Below are positions 8,682 to 19,351 of a stretch of 64,000 nucleotides of DNA, piece by piece. Numbering within the stretch: the stretch's first letter is position 1; each line of letters starts with the position of its first letter. The position numbers and the translations under genes were made by a program. The notes under the pieces were generated by a model. The model was given only the letters and a program-made list of their open reading frames with translations. It searched no databases and was not told the origin of the DNA. The stretch is from assembly GCA_963795085.1 (NCBI GenBank), contig CAWCFX010000001.1, forward strand, positions 1,024,001-1,088,000, given 5' to 3'. The DNA comes from an uncultured Gemmatimonadales bacterium. Its GTDB lineage: Bacteria; Gemmatimonadota; Gemmatimonadetes; Gemmatimonadales; GWC2-71-9.

Positions 8682-10505
8682 ATGGCCTACACCAGCGAGA
8701 TCGACAAGCTCGAGCGGCGCCACAGGGAGAATCCCGAAGGTCGAACATTTGCCCCGCTGGCCGATGCCTATCGCAAGGCGGGCGACCTTCCTCGCGCGCT
8801 GGAAGTGCTCAAGGCCGGCCTTGCCCACCATCCCGACTATCTCTCCGCCAGCATCGTCCTCGGCCGCTGTCACCTCGACCTTGGCGACCTCGCCTCCGCC
8901 GAGGCGGCGTTTCGCCGGGTCCTGGAACTCGACAAGGAAAACGTTATCGCGATCAAGGCCCTGGCCGATATCACCGAGCGGCAGGCCCGGTTCGACGAGT
9001 CCGAACACTGGCTCAATTACCTGCTCTCCATAGACGGGAGCAACGAGGACGCCCGCCAGCAACTGCACCGTCTCGCCGGTGTCCGGGACCAGCATTCCCA
9101 ACTGCACTCGCCGCTGGAGGCCCCCCCCGAAGCCGGCACCGAGGTCGAGAGCGAGTCCGGCGCGGAGCCGGCGACGCCGACCGTGCCGGTCGAGGCGGTG
9201 ACGGCAGGCGGGGCCGCCGCCGGGGAGGACCTCGCCGGTCTCGACATTCCCGCGCTGGACGAGCCGGAGTCGATGGAAACCGTCGAGATCCCTCCGCCCG
9301 CGCCGGTGGCCGCGCTGGATACCGATGCCCTCGATGCCGCGATCGAGGAGCTCGACTTCGCCGCCTACCAGCCCCGGAGCGGGGCCGAGGATCGGCCGGA
9401 GGACCGCGAAGACCCAGAATCAGCAGAGCGGACGGCGCCCGCTGTTCCCGAGTTTCTGCTGCAGGAGGATCCCATGGCCGGGCCGGTATCCGTCTCCGCG
9501 GAATTCGACGTGGGGGTCGAGCGGCACGAGGAGATCGTCCTGCGTCCCTCCGCCACCTCCGAATTCCAGGCGCCCAGCGACGCCGAATTACTGGACGGTT
9601 CCCGGGGTGCCGGCAGCTATCCGCCGTCCTTCGAAGAAGAGGACACCCTGCCCGGCATGCCCGCCCTCTCGGAGACCGCGGAGGGATCCTTCTCCGAACC
9701 GGCGGAGCCCATGGCGGCGCCCGCCTGGCAGACAGCGGAAGCATCCTTCCCTGAGCCGGCCGAGCCCGTGGCGGCGGTAACCGCCGAGGCATTGTGGCAG
9801 AGCCACCCCGAGGATTCCACCGGCGAACCCGCAAGCGAGCCGGTGGGCACTGCGTTCACTGAGTCCGGCGGCGACGCCCCGCCGGAAGCCGAACTCGGCG
9901 GGCCGCTGGTCACCGAGACGATCGGGGACGTGTATGCCGCACAGGGCCACCACGGCCCGGCCCTCGACGTCTATCGGGAACTGCTGCGCCGCTCTCCGGC
10001 GGATGCCCGGCTGGCCGAAAAGATCGCGTCCCTGGAGAGCCGCCAGCCGGCCGCCGCCGCTTCGGCGGCCCAGGGCTTTGCCGCCGCGGATACCGGCGGC
10101 CAATCGGTCCTGAGCTACTTCGGAGACCTGCTCTCCTCCCGTCTCCCGGAGAGCAACGGCGCCCCGGCTCCCGCGCCGGAATCGGCGCCACCCCCCGCCG
10201 GTGCGCCGGTTTCGGCCGGCTTCATGGAGGAGGCGTTCCGGGCCGACGAGGAGTCGGTGGGCGGGGAGCCGACCCGGCCGGCCAGCGGCCCGCTGACGCT
10301 CAGCGCGATCTTCGGCGAGGATTCGTCGCCGGTGCCGCCGGTGGTGTCCGGTCCCGAAGGCGAGCAGTCCGCGGCGGGCCCGTCGCACTTCGACGAGTTC
10401 TTCGGTGAGGCCGGTTCGACGATCCGGGGCCGGGGGTCGCGCCGGGATTCCGACCAGGACGACCTCGACCAATTCCACAAGTGGCTGAAGGGTCTCAAGC
10501 GCTGA
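8682..10505 (+). CDS. Tetratricopeptide-repeat protein with acidic disordered centre
   Basis: N-terminal TPRs (FAPLADAYRKAGDL...), TETIGDVYAAQGH TPR, C-terminal FHKWLKGLKR helix; start ATG 8682 lies downstream of the promoter. Confidence 0.8.
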   Translation: MAYTSEIDKLERRHRENPEGRTFAPLADAYRKAGDLPRALEVLKAGLAHHPDYLSASIVLGRCHLDLGDLASAEAAFRRVLELDKENVIAIKALADITERQARFDESEHWLNYLLSIDGSNEDARQQLHRLAGVRDQHSQLHSPLEAPPEAGTEVESESGAEPATPTVPVEAVTAGGAAAGEDLAGLDIPALDEPESMETVEIPPPAPVAALDTDALDAAIEELDFAAYQPRSGAEDRPEDREDPESAERTAPAVPEFLLQEDPMAGPVSVSAEFDVGVERHEEIVLRPSATSEFQAPSDAELLDGSRGAGSYPPSFEEEDTLPGMPALSETAEGSFSEPAEPMAAPAWQTAEASFPEPAEPVAAVTAEALWQSHPEDSTGEPASEPVGTAFTESGGDAPPEAELGGPLVTETIGDVYAAQGHHGPALDVYRELLRRSPADARLAEKIASLESRQPAAAASAAQGFAAADTGGQSVLSYFGDLLSSRLPESNGAPAPAPESAPPPAGAPVSAGFMEEAFRADEESVGGEPTRPASGPLTLSAIFGEDSSPVPPVVSGPEGEQSAAGPSHFDEFFGEAGSTIRGRGSRRDSDQDDLDQFHKWLKGLKR

Positions 10506-10940
10506 ATGCTCGTGGCGGTGCTGAACGGACCCAACCTCAACCTGCTCGGGATCCGGGAGCCGGAGATCTACGGCTCCACCTCCCTGGGCGAGATCGAAGC
10601 CATGGTGCGAGCCGAGGCCCTCCGGCTGGGCCTCGATCTCGAGTGGAGCCAGACTAACCACGAAGGCGAATTCATCGAGACGGTCCACGGCTGGCAGGGC
10701 CGGGTGGCCGGAGCCCTGGTCAATGCCGCCGCCCTCACCCACACCAGCCTCGCCGTGCGCGATGCCTTCCTCGCGGTGCGGCCGGTCTTCGTGGAGGTCC
10801 ACCTTTCAAACATCTTTGCCCGGGAGCCGGAACGCCGGCACTCGGTCCTGGCCGATCTCGCCGTGGGCCTCGTCGCCGGGTTCGGTCCCCGGAGTTACCT
10901 GCTCGGCCTCCAGGCGCTCGCTGGCCGCCTCCGTGGCTGA
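10506..10940 (+). CDS. aroQ: Type II 3-dehydroquinate dehydratase
   Basis: LNGPNLNLLGIREPEIYG, NHEG, THTS, EVHLSNIFARE. Confidence 0.95.
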   Translation: MLVAVLNGPNLNLLGIREPEIYGSTSLGEIEAMVRAEALRLGLDLEWSQTNHEGEFIETVHGWQGRVAGALVNAAALTHTSLAVRDAFLAVRPVFVEVHLSNIFAREPERRHSVLADLAVGLVAGFGPRSYLLGLQALAGRLRG

Positions 10941-12015
10941 CCGGCGCGGTGAGCGGCAGGCGGCGCTGCGCGCCTCGTTTACCGCGCAGGGGATGGGCGG
11001 CGTCCTGCTCCAGCACCTGCCGAACATCCGGTATCTCACCGGCTTCACCGGGACGGCGGCCCTCCTGCTGGTGCGGCCCGAGGATGCCGTGCTGATTTCC
11101 GATTTCCGGTACGCGGTGCAGGCGGAGCAGGAGGTCGGCGCGGTCGCCCGGGTGGAGATCGACTCGGTGAGCGTGTGGGACCGGCTCCGGAAGCTGCTCG
11201 CCGATTCCGGGGTGGAGGTCCTGGGATACGAGTCTCACGTCGCCACCGTGCGCGACCTCGAACGGCTGGCCGGGCTCCGCAGCCGGCTGGTGCCGGCCGG
11301 CGACCTGGTGGAGCGGCTCCGGGCGACCAAGTCCCCGGAGGAGATCGCGGCCATTCGGGCGGCCGCCGCCCTGGCCGAGTCGGCGCTGGCCGAGAGCCTG
11401 GACGGGATCCGGGCGGGACAGACCGAGTACGAAGTGGCCGCGATCCTGGAGGCCGCGCTGCGCCGGCGGGGCAGCGAGTGGCATCCGTTCCCGACCATCG
11501 TCGCCTCGGGGCCCCGGTCGGCGCTGCCGCATGCGCGGACCAGCGAACGCACCCTGGGACCGGGCGACTGGCTGCTGCTCGATTTCGGCGCCCGGGTAGA
11601 TGGGTACTGCGCCGACCTGACCCGGACGTTCGTGGTGGGCGCCGTGCCGGACAGCCGGCAGCAGGCGACCTACCAGCTGGTGCGGGCCGCCCAGGAGCGT
11701 GCCGTGGCCCAGCTCCGGGCCGGCATGTCGGGCCGGCAGGGCGATGCCCTGGCCCGGGATCTTATCGCCGAGCGGGGTTTCGGCGCGGCGTTCGGGCACT
11801 CCCTTGGCCACGGACTGGGGCTGGAAGTCCATGAGGCGCCACGGCTTTCGGCCCTTTCCGAGGACCCGCTGCCGGAGGCGGCCGTAGTCACAGTCGAGCC
11901 GGGGATCTATTTTCCAGGCTGGGGCGGGGTCCGGCTGGAAGAGGACGTCCTGCTTCGGGGCGAGGGAGCCGAACTGCTCTCCAGCGGCCCCACCGATCTC
12001 ATCGCGCTGCGCTGA
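10933..12015 (+). CDS. Xaa-Pro aminopeptidase (M24B)
   Basis: NIRYLTGFTG, DFRY, DFGA..GYCADLTRT, HSLGHGLGLEVHE, TVEPGIY, GVRLEEDV; GTG start overlaps the aroQ end. Confidence 0.9.
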   Translation: MADRRGERQAALRASFTAQGMGGVLLQHLPNIRYLTGFTGTAALLLVRPEDAVLISDFRYAVQAEQEVGAVARVEIDSVSVWDRLRKLLADSGVEVLGYESHVATVRDLERLAGLRSRLVPAGDLVERLRATKSPEEIAAIRAAAALAESALAESLDGIRAGQTEYEVAAILEAALRRRGSEWHPFPTIVASGPRSALPHARTSERTLGPGDWLLLDFGARVDGYCADLTRTFVVGAVPDSRQQATYQLVRAAQERAVAQLRAGMSGRQGDALARDLIAERGFGAAFGHSLGHGLGLEVHEAPRLSALSEDPLPEAAVVTVEPGIYFPGWGGVRLEEDVLLRGEGAELLSSGPTDLIALR

Positions 12016-12048
12016 GACCATTGCCGTAACATCCGAGACGAGGAACGC

Positions 12049-12609
12049 ATGGCCACAACCGCAGACTTCAGGAACGGTCTGGTGCTGGAAATTGATGGAC
12101 AATTGTACCAGATGACGTACTTTCAGCATGTCAAACCGGGGAAGGGCGGTGCCTTCGTCCGGACCAAGCTCAAGAACGTGCGCACCGGCCTGGTGCTGGA
12201 GCGGACCTTCAACGCCGGCGAGCGGGTGACCGACGTGCGGCTGGAACGGCGGCCCATCCAGTTCTCCTACGCGGACGGCCATTTCTACCATTTCATGGAC
12301 CAGCAGACGTTCGACGACATCCTCATTACCGACGAGATCATCGGCGAGGACCAGCTCCGGTATCTCAAGGAAGGCATGGAGTGCGAAGGGCTGGTGTACA
12401 AGGACACGGTCATTCTGGTGGATCTTCCCGTGTTCGTGGAGCTGGCGGTCACCCGGACCGACCCGGGCTTTCGCGGCGATACCGCCACCGGCGGGACCAA
12501 GCCGGCCACGCTGGAAACGGGCGCCACCGTGCAGGTGCCCCTGTTCATTGAGGAGGGCCAGGTGATTCGAGTGGATCGGCGCGAAGACAAGTACCTTACC
12601 CGCGTATGA
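12049..12609 (+). CDS. efp: Elongation factor P
   Basis: HVKPGKGGAFVRTKLK, RGDTATGGTKPATLETG, VPLFI. Confidence 0.97.
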   Translation: MATTADFRNGLVLEIDGQLYQMTYFQHVKPGKGGAFVRTKLKNVRTGLVLERTFNAGERVTDVRLERRPIQFSYADGHFYHFMDQQTFDDILITDEIIGEDQLRYLKEGMECEGLVYKDTVILVDLPVFVELAVTRTDPGFRGDTATGGTKPATLETGATVQVPLFIEEGQVIRVDRREDKYLTRV

Positions 12610-13088
12610 ACCTTTCAGAAATGGAACGGCTGATCCGCCTGCTCCGGGAATCGCCCGAGGTCGGATCCATCGAGATCAAGGGCTGGTTCGGCCGGGGCGT
12701 AATCGTGACCCGGAACGGCAACGGCGCGGCCCCGATGTACGCCATGCCGGCCCCGACGGCCGCTCCCCCGCCGCCGGCGCCCGCCGATGGCCACCGGGAG
12801 CCGGCCCGGGCCGAAACCCCCGCACCCGCAGCGCCGGCGATCCCGCTCAAGGAGATCAAGTCGCCCATGGTGGGGACCTTCTACAAGGCCCCCGAGCCGG
12901 GTGCCGAGTCCTACGTCAAGGTGGGGTCGCGGGTGGCGGCGGGACAGACGGTGTGCATCATCGAAGCCATGAAGATCATGAACGAAATCGAAGCGGAGAT
13001 CTCCGGCGTGGTGCGGGAGATCTGCGTGGAGGATACCCAGCCGGTCGAGTTTGGCACCGTTCTCTATCGGGTCGATCCCCATGGCTGA
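12606..13088 (+). CDS. accB: Acetyl-CoA carboxylase biotin carboxyl carrier protein
   Basis: SPMVGTFY and EAMKIMNEI biotinylation motif after a Pro/Ala linker. Confidence 0.95.
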   Translation: MNLSEMERLIRLLRESPEVGSIEIKGWFGRGVIVTRNGNGAAPMYAMPAPTAAPPPPAPADGHREPARAETPAPAAPAIPLKEIKSPMVGTFYKAPEPGAESYVKVGSRVAAGQTVCIIEAMKIMNEIEAEISGVVREICVEDTQPVEFGTVLYRVDPHG

Positions 13089-14268
13089 TCCCACACCCGG
13101 CCCGGCCGGCCAGGCGCCGTTCAACTTCAAGCAGGCCATCTCCCAGATGGTCCAGCGGCACGGCTCCGACCTGCTGCTCAAGGTGGGCCGCGCGCCCACC
13201 GTGCGGGTCAACGGCGATCTGACCCCCCTCGGCATGCAGCCGCTCAAGCCGGAGGACCTCAAGCTGCTGGCCGAGCAGATCATGACGCCGCGGCAGGTGA
13301 AGGAGTTCTCCGAGAAGAAAGAAGCGGACTTCGCCATCGGGGTGCCCGGGGTGGGGCGGTTCCGGACCAACATCTACCAGCAGCGGGGCACCCTCGCCTT
13401 TGCCTTCCGGGCCATCCCGTACGAGGTCAAGACGATCCGGGAACTGATGCTCCCCGAGGTCCTGGAAGAGATCGCGTTGCGGCCCCGGGGCCTGGTCCTC
13501 GTCACCGGCGTCACCGGCTCGGGCAAGTCCACCTGCCTTGCCGCGATGATCAACCATGTCAACCACCACCGCCGGGTCAACATCATCACCATCGAAGACC
13601 CGATCGAGTTTCTCCACCGGGACGTGCAGGCCAACATCTCCCAGCGCGAAGTGGGCAGCGATACGCTGTCGTTCGGGATGGCCCTGCGGCACGTGCTCCG
13701 GCAGGATCCCGACGTCATCCTGATCGGCGAGATCCGGGACATGGAAACCCTGGACACCGCCCTCAAGGCCGCCGACACCGGCCACCTGGTCTTCTCGACC
13801 CTGCATACCACCGACGCGACCCAGACCATCAACCGGGTCATCTCGTTCTATCCGCCGCACCAGCACCAGGAAATCCGTTCGCTGCTTTCCACCGCGCTGC
13901 AGGCGGTGATCTGCCTCCGGCTGGTCCCCCGGGCCGACGGGAAGGGCCGGGTGGCGGCCTCGGAAGTCCTGATCAACTCGGCGGCGGTGGCCGACAATAT
14001 CCGGGACATCGAAAAGGCGCTCAACATTCCCGACCTGATCTCCGAGGGCACCGTCTCCTACGGCATGCAGTCGTTCGACCAGTCCCTGATGAAGTGGTAC
14101 AAGGACAAGGTGATCTCCTACGAGAGCGCGCTGTTCTATTCGTCCAACCCGAGCGAGTTCGCGCTCCGGGCCAGCGGCATCGATTCGGCGTCCGACCGCA
14201 CCTTCAGCGAAATCGCGGGCAGCCCGAAGCAGGGGACCGGGGACATGTCCAACCAGTTCCAGCCCTGA
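13081..14268 (+). CDS. PilT/PilU-family type IV pilus retraction ATPase
   Basis: Walker [37 protein letters not shown], His box [19 protein letters not shown]; the AIRNLIRE motif is replaced by AVADNIRD. Confidence 0.92.
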   Translation: MADPTPGPAGQAPFNFKQAISQMVQRHGSDLLLKVGRAPTVRVNGDLTPLGMQPLKPEDLKLLAEQIMTPRQVKEFSEKKEADFAIGVPGVGRFRTNIYQQRGTLAFAFRAIPYEVKTIRELMLPEVLEEIALRPRGLVLVTGVTGSGKSTCLAAMINHVNHHRRVNIITIEDPIEFLHRDVQANISQREVGSDTLSFGMALRHVLRQDPDVILIGEIRDMETLDTALKAADTGHLVFSTLHTTDATQTINRVISFYPPHQHQEIRSLLSTALQAVICLRLVPRADGKGRVAASEVLINSAAVADNIRDIEKALNIPDLISEGTVSYGMQSFDQSLMKWYKDKVISYESALFYSSNPSEFALRASGIDSASDRTFSEIAGSPKQGTGDMSNQFQP

Positions 14269-15626
14269 TGTTCAACAAGGTCCTGATCGCCAACCGCGGG
14301 GAAATCGCCCTGCGGATCATTCGAGCCTGCCGCGAACTGGGAGTCCAGACGGTCGCCGTGTACAGCGAGGCGGACCGGGAATCGCTGCACGTGCGCTTCG
14401 CGGACGACGACGTCTGCATTGGCCCCCCGCCCAGCCGGCAGTCCTACCTGCGGATTCCCAACCTGATCGCCGCCGCCGAGATTACCGGGGCCGATGCCAT
14501 CCATCCCGGCTACGGGTTCCTGGCCGAGAACGCCGATTTCGCGGATACCTGCAAGAGCTCCAACATCGTGTTCATCGGCCCCACCGGCGAGCAGATCCGC
14601 CAGATGGGCGACAAGGCCACCGCCCGGCGGCTGGCCAAGGAGGCCGGCGTGCCGACGGTGCCCGGCTCCGCCGATACCCTGGACGACCTGGATGAGGCGC
14701 TCGCCATCGCCGGCGAGATCGGGTACCCGGTGATCATCAAGGCGACCGCGGGCGGGGGCGGGAAGGGGATGCGGATCGCCCTGGACGCCGAACAGTTCGC
14801 CCAGGTATTCAACCTGGCCCAGAACGAGGCACTGGCGGCCTTCGGCAACGGGGCCGTGTACGTCGAGAAATACCTGGCCCGGCCACGGCACGTGGAGATC
14901 CAGGTCATGGGCGACAACCATGGCCGGGTCACCCACCTCGGCGAGCGCGATTGCTCGGTGCAGCGCCGGCACCAGAAGCTGATCGAGGAAAGCCCCAGCC
15001 CCGCCCTCACCCCGGAGCTGCGCCGCCGGATGGGGGACGCGGCGGTCAAGCTGGCCTCGGCCATCGGCTACTCCGGCGCCGGCACCATCGAGTTCCTGCT
15101 GGATAGCGACGGCTCGTTCTATTTCATGGAAATGAACACCCGGATCCAGGTGGAGCACCCGGTGACCGAGATGGTCACCAGCTTTGATCTGGTCAAGGAG
15201 CAGATCCGGGTCGCGTCGGGCGAACCCCTCAGCTTCAAGGGTGACGGCAGCCGCCTGCGGGGCCACGCCATCGAATGCCGGGTGAACGCGGAAGATCCCT
15301 ACCGGAACTTTCAGCCCTCGCCCGGCCACATCACCGCGTACCACCCTCCCGGCGGCCCCGGGGTGCGGGTGGACAGCCACGTTTACGCCGGGTACACGGT
15401 CCCGCCGTACTATGATTCCCTGCTGGCCAAGGTCATCGTCCACGGCAACACCCGGGAAGAGGCGCTGGGCCGGATGGGCCAGGCGCTCGACAGTTTTATC
15501 CTCGAGGGAGTGACCACCACCATCCCCTTCCTGGCCCGGGTCATCCGCCACCCGGACTTCGCCGCCGGAGAGGTGGACACCAAGTTCCTGGAGCGGGAAT
15601 CCCACCTCTTACGGCCCGAAGCATGA
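14268..15626 (+). CDS. accC: Acetyl-CoA carboxylase biotin carboxylase
   Basis: [53 protein letters not shown]. Confidence 0.96.
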   Translation: MFNKVLIANRGEIALRIIRACRELGVQTVAVYSEADRESLHVRFADDDVCIGPPPSRQSYLRIPNLIAAAEITGADAIHPGYGFLAENADFADTCKSSNIVFIGPTGEQIRQMGDKATARRLAKEAGVPTVPGSADTLDDLDEALAIAGEIGYPVIIKATAGGGGKGMRIALDAEQFAQVFNLAQNEALAAFGNGAVYVEKYLARPRHVEIQVMGDNHGRVTHLGERDCSVQRRHQKLIEESPSPALTPELRRRMGDAAVKLASAIGYSGAGTIEFLLDSDGSFYFMEMNTRIQVEHPVTEMVTSFDLVKEQIRVASGEPLSFKGDGSRLRGHAIECRVNAEDPYRNFQPSPGHITAYHPPGGPGVRVDSHVYAGYTVPPYYDSLLAKVIVHGNTREEALGRMGQALDSFILEGVTTTIPFLARVIRHPDFAAGEVDTKFLERESHLLRPEA

Positions 15627-16366
15627 GCCTCGACATCGTGTTTACTCCCCTCGGTCTCACCACCACGGAGACCGGGGGCCGGTCGGTGTTCGTGATCGAT
15701 ATTCTCCGGGCCACCACCACCATGTGTGCCGCCCTCTCGGCCGGGGCCCGGGCCATTATCCCGGTGGGCTCCACCGAAGAAGCGCTGAAGCTGAAGCAGA
15801 GCCTGGGGAGCGGCGACGTCCTCCTGGCGGGCGAGCAGAATTGTGTCCGGATTCCCGGCTTTGAGCTGGGCAACAGTCCCGGCGAGATGACCGGCGAGGC
15901 GGTGCGGGGCCGGGTGGTGGTCATGCGCACCACCAACGGCACCCGGGCCCTGATGGGAATCCAGGGCGCGGCGGCGATCTATCCCGCGGCCGCGGCCAAC
16001 CTGGGCCTGGTGGGCGAAAAGGCGCGGGAGATCTATGAGCGGGACCAGGATATCCTGATCGTGTGCAGCGGACGGGAGAACTCGTTCTCCCTGGATGATG
16101 CCTACTGTGCCGGCCGGCTGGCGGTCGCCGCCATGGGCGGCCGCCGCCGGTCCAAGGGCCTCAACGACGCGGCCCTCGCCGCGCTCGACCTGGTGCGGCG
16201 CTACGGCGACCGCTGGGACCGCCCGCTCCGCGCCAGCCGTGCCGGCCGGGAACTGGTCAAGCTGGGCTTCGGCCAGGACGTCGAAGACGCCAGCCGGCCC
16301 GATGCCTACCCGGTGCTGGCCCACTACACCGACCGGCGGGTCACCGCCCTGGCACCCGCGGCATGA
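15623..16366 (+). CDS. comB: 2-phosphosulfolactate phosphatase family protein
   Basis: [33 protein letters not shown]. Confidence 0.85.
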   Translation: MSLDIVFTPLGLTTTETGGRSVFVIDILRATTTMCAALSAGARAIIPVGSTEEALKLKQSLGSGDVLLAGEQNCVRIPGFELGNSPGEMTGEAVRGRVVVMRTTNGTRALMGIQGAAAIYPAAAANLGLVGEKAREIYERDQDILIVCSGRENSFSLDDAYCAGRLAVAAMGGRRRSKGLNDAALAALDLVRRYGDRWDRPLRASRAGRELVKLGFGQDVEDASRPDAYPVLAHYTDRRVTALAPAA

Positions 16367-18585
16367 GCGAGGACGCCAGGCGCCGGCTGGGTGCCATCGC
16401 GGCCCTCGTCGCCGGCCTGTTCCTGGGGCTCACCCTCCTGCCGTTCCCCCTCACCGGTCCCATGGGCAGCGGTATCGGCCGGCTGCTCTGGAAGGGCCTC
16501 GGCGCCGGCGCGGTCGGGGTCCCGCTGCTCGGTTTCGGGCTCGCCCTGGCCGGCTTCGACCGCACCCCCCGCATCTCCATGAAGCAGGCCGCCCTGCTGC
16601 TGGGCGGCCTGAGCTTCCTGGTGCCCTATGTCATCGGGATCCTCACCCGGGTGACGGCCCAGGCCTTCATCCCGCCGCTGGACCAGTGGTCGCTGACGGC
16701 GCGCGCCATCGGCGTTATCCCGGGGTTCGTCGCCACCGCGGTCTACAACCTGGTGGGCTTTGCCGGCGGGCTCCTCCTGGGCTTCCTTGCCCTCTCCGCG
16801 CTCACGCTCCTTACCCTGGCATGGCATCCGCTCCGCCGGCTCGAAGGGGGCCGGGTCGCCGAGGAGCTGCCGGCCGACGAGCCGCTCCCGGTGAAGCCCC
16901 GTCACGAACCGCCACCGCCGGCCGAGGACAACGAGATCTTCGAGCGCCCGGCGAAAGAGAAAAGGGAGAAGGAGAAGAAGCCAAAGAAGGTGCCGGCCCG
17001 GGCGGGCGGCGGACCCGAACCGGAGACCGGGCTGCCCTCGGTGGAGCTGCTGACCCCGCCTCCTACCGGCGATGCCGTGGCCGACAGTGCCTCCCTGGAG
17101 CGGTTGGGGCAGAAACTGATCGATACGCTCAAGACCTTCAAGGTGGATGCCTCCATCGCGGGCCGTACCACCGGGCCGGTGGTCACCCAGTTCGAGGTCG
17201 TACCGGCGCCGGGCGTGAAGGCGGGGCGGATCGCGGCGCTGGCCGACGACATGGCCATCACCATGCGGGCGCCGTCCATCCGGGTCGCTCCCATCCCGGG
17301 CAAAGGCGCCGTGGGGGTGGAGGTGCCCAACCCGGTGGCCCGGATGGTGACGCTCCGGGAACTGTTCGACACCGAGGAGTGGCAGAACAGCAGGGCGGCG
17401 CTGCCCATCGCGCTGGGCCGGGACCTCGAGGGCAAGCCGGTCATCGCCGACCTGGCCAAGATGCCGCACCTCCTGATCGCGGGCGCGACCGGGTCCGGCA
17501 AGTCGGTGGCGATCAACACCATTATCACCAGCCTGGTCTATCACTACGGCAAGCGGGATCTCAGGCTGCTGATGGTGGACCCCAAGATGGTCGAGCTGTC
17601 GATGTACAACGACCTTCCCCACCTGCGCCACAAGGTGGTGACCAACAACAACGATGCGGCCAGCGTGCTCAAGTGGGCGGTGAGCGAAATGGACCGGCGC
17701 TACAAGCTGCTCCACGCCAACAACGCCCGGAACCTGGCCGACTTCAACCGCAAGGCGGAAGAGGGCAAGCCGCTCCGGATGCCGGAGCGGCCCCGGCTGA
17801 CCCTGAGCGCCATCAGCGCCGAGGCGCCGGACACCCCGCCCGAGGAGCCGCAGGCCGAGTTGTACACCGACGGGCCGCTCCCCCTGGTCGTCATGATCGT
17901 GGACGAACTGGCCGACCTGATGATGACGGTGCAGGGCGAGGTGGAGACCCCGCTGGCGATGCTGGCGCAGAAGGCCCGGGCGATCGGGATCCATATCATC
18001 CTCGCCACCCAGCGCCCCTCGGTGAACGTCATCACCGGCCTCATCAAGGCCAACTTTCCGTGCCGGATCGCTTTCCGGGTCGCCTCCAAGGTGGACAGCC
18101 GCACCATTCTCGACCAGAACGGGGCCGAAGCGCTGCTCGGCAACGGCGACATGCTGTTTCTGCCGCCGGGCAAGAGCGAACCGATGCGCCTGCAGGGCGC
18201 GTTCATTGCGACCGAGGATACCGAGCGGATGATGGACTGGTTCAAGGCGCGGCGGACCGAGCTGGCGCTGGGGACTGATCGGCCGGAGAGCGATATCCTG
18301 GCGGAGGTCCGCGCTTTGGAAGCCGCGGAGGAGGGGGACGGCGGCGGCGAGCCAGGGGGCGGAGGCGGCGACCGGGATCCCCTCTTCCGGAAGGCGGCGG
18401 AAGCCTGCATCCAGAACCAGAACGGGTCCACGTCTCTGCTGCAGCGGAAACTGCAGATCGGGTATGGCCGTGCGGCCCGCATCATCGACCAGCTGCACTA
18501 CGCCGGCATTCTGAGTCCGCCCGACGGAAGCAAGCCGCGCGAGGTGTTGATCGGATTTCATCAACTCGACGAATACTGCGACTGA
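16363..18585 (+). CDS. ftsK: DNA translocase FtsK
   Basis: N-terminal TM helices, MPHLLIAGATGSGKS, DPKMVEL, VDELADLM, ATQRPS, gamma domain STSLLQRKLQIGYGRAARIID. Confidence 0.95.
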   Translation: MSEDARRRLGAIAALVAGLFLGLTLLPFPLTGPMGSGIGRLLWKGLGAGAVGVPLLGFGLALAGFDRTPRISMKQAALLLGGLSFLVPYVIGILTRVTAQAFIPPLDQWSLTARAIGVIPGFVATAVYNLVGFAGGLLLGFLALSALTLLTLAWHPLRRLEGGRVAEELPADEPLPVKPRHEPPPPAEDNEIFERPAKEKREKEKKPKKVPARAGGGPEPETGLPSVELLTPPPTGDAVADSASLERLGQKLIDTLKTFKVDASIAGRTTGPVVTQFEVVPAPGVKAGRIAALADDMAITMRAPSIRVAPIPGKGAVGVEVPNPVARMVTLRELFDTEEWQNSRAALPIALGRDLEGKPVIADLAKMPHLLIAGATGSGKSVAINTIITSLVYHYGKRDLRLLMVDPKMVELSMYNDLPHLRHKVVTNNNDAASVLKWAVSEMDRRYKLLHANNARNLADFNRKAEEGKPLRMPERPRLTLSAISAEAPDTPPEEPQAELYTDGPLPLVVMIVDELADLMMTVQGEVETPLAMLAQKARAIGIHIILATQRPSVNVITGLIKANFPCRIAFRVASKVDSRTILDQNGAEALLGNGDMLFLPPGKSEPMRLQGAFIATEDTERMMDWFKARRTELALGTDRPESDILAEVRALEAAEEGDGGGEPGGGGGDRDPLFRKAAEACIQNQNGSTSLLQRKLQIGYGRAARIIDQLHYAGILSPPDGSKPREVLIGFHQLDEYCD

Positions 18586-18834
18586 AGGGCGGGCCGGCAG
18601 GGCGTCCGCTCTGAGGGGGACAGTCTCTACGCCGGCGAACGAAGAACTTTGTTCAGCGACCTCTCGGTGAGCCCTGGCGTCCTCTGCGCAATGCGCCTCG
18701 AGGTCCGAACGGAGCGATCCCGCCGCCGCAAGAAAGCACCGCCAGATCCGGGTCCCTCCTGTCTGCGTTTGTTTGGCCTCTCTTCGCATTCTTCCGGTTA
18801 CCGTGCGAGCGCCGCTCCTCCCTACCTTGGTTCC

Positions 18835-19239
18835 ATGCGAACCCGGACGTTCACCCCTACCGAAGAGTGGGAAGACCAGCGCCAGGTCCTGGGCCTCCAG
18901 GGCGAGCGGGAGGCGATGGCCTATCTCATTTCCTGCGGGTATGAAGTAGAAGACCATCGCCACCGGCTGGGCCGTCACGATATCGACCTCATCGTCCGCC
19001 GGGGCAACGTGGTGGCCTTCGTCGAGGTGAAAACCCGGCGGGGCCATGCCTCCGGAACGCCGCTGGAAGCGGTCACCCGGAGGAAGCAGGGGATCATTGC
19101 CAAGTGCGCCGATCTCTGGCGCATTCGATTTGGACGTCCCTCCGATGTGTACCGGTTCGACCTGGTGGCCGTGGACGAGGACGGCCACGGGACGTTCTCC
19201 ATTCAGCACGTTGAAGATGCCTGGCGGGTGAACCGGTAG
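18835..19239 (+). CDS. yraN: YraN (UPF0102) family nuclease-like protein
   Basis: GE..A..YL, DIDLIV, FVEVKTR, EAVT.RKQ, RFDLVAV. Confidence 0.85.
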   Translation: MRTRTFTPTEEWEDQRQVLGLQGEREAMAYLISCGYEVEDHRHRLGRHDIDLIVRRGNVVAFVEVKTRRGHASGTPLEAVTRRKQGIIAKCADLWRIRFGRPSDVYRFDLVAVDEDGHGTFSIQHVEDAWRVNR

Positions 19240-19268
19240 CGCACAGAGAAGGCGGACAGAACTCGCTC

Positions 19269-19297
19269 TTGATTCGGCAGATGTTCGGTAGTAGCTT
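19269..19297 (+). promoter_or_regulatory. recA promoter with candidate operator in the spacer
   Basis: TTGATT-17 nt-TAGCTT; ATTC-N7-GTTC overlaps the -35 and spacer. Confidence 0.5.
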
Positions 19298-19351
19298 GGA
19301 TATACCGGTGTGGAGTAAAATCGGTCACCTCACTATCAAGGAACTCCTCTC

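Noticed and set aside
15623..16366. comB as evidence of coenzyme M biosynthesis
   Set aside because: ComB-family phosphatases are widespread in bacteria, and no comA/C/D/E genes are present here.
18586..18834. ftsK-yraN intergenic region as an ncRNA or operator (GAAC-TTT-GTTC at 18644-18654)
   Set aside because: No recognisable RNA family or convincing stem set by eye; the short palindrome is far from any evident promoter.
16324..19209. Long antisense or alternate-frame ORFs (for example 16324-19209, 35213-38170, 6499-8460, 49934-52024)
   Set aside because: They overlap well-supported genes, show no motifs, and are expected in high-GC DNA with few stop codons.
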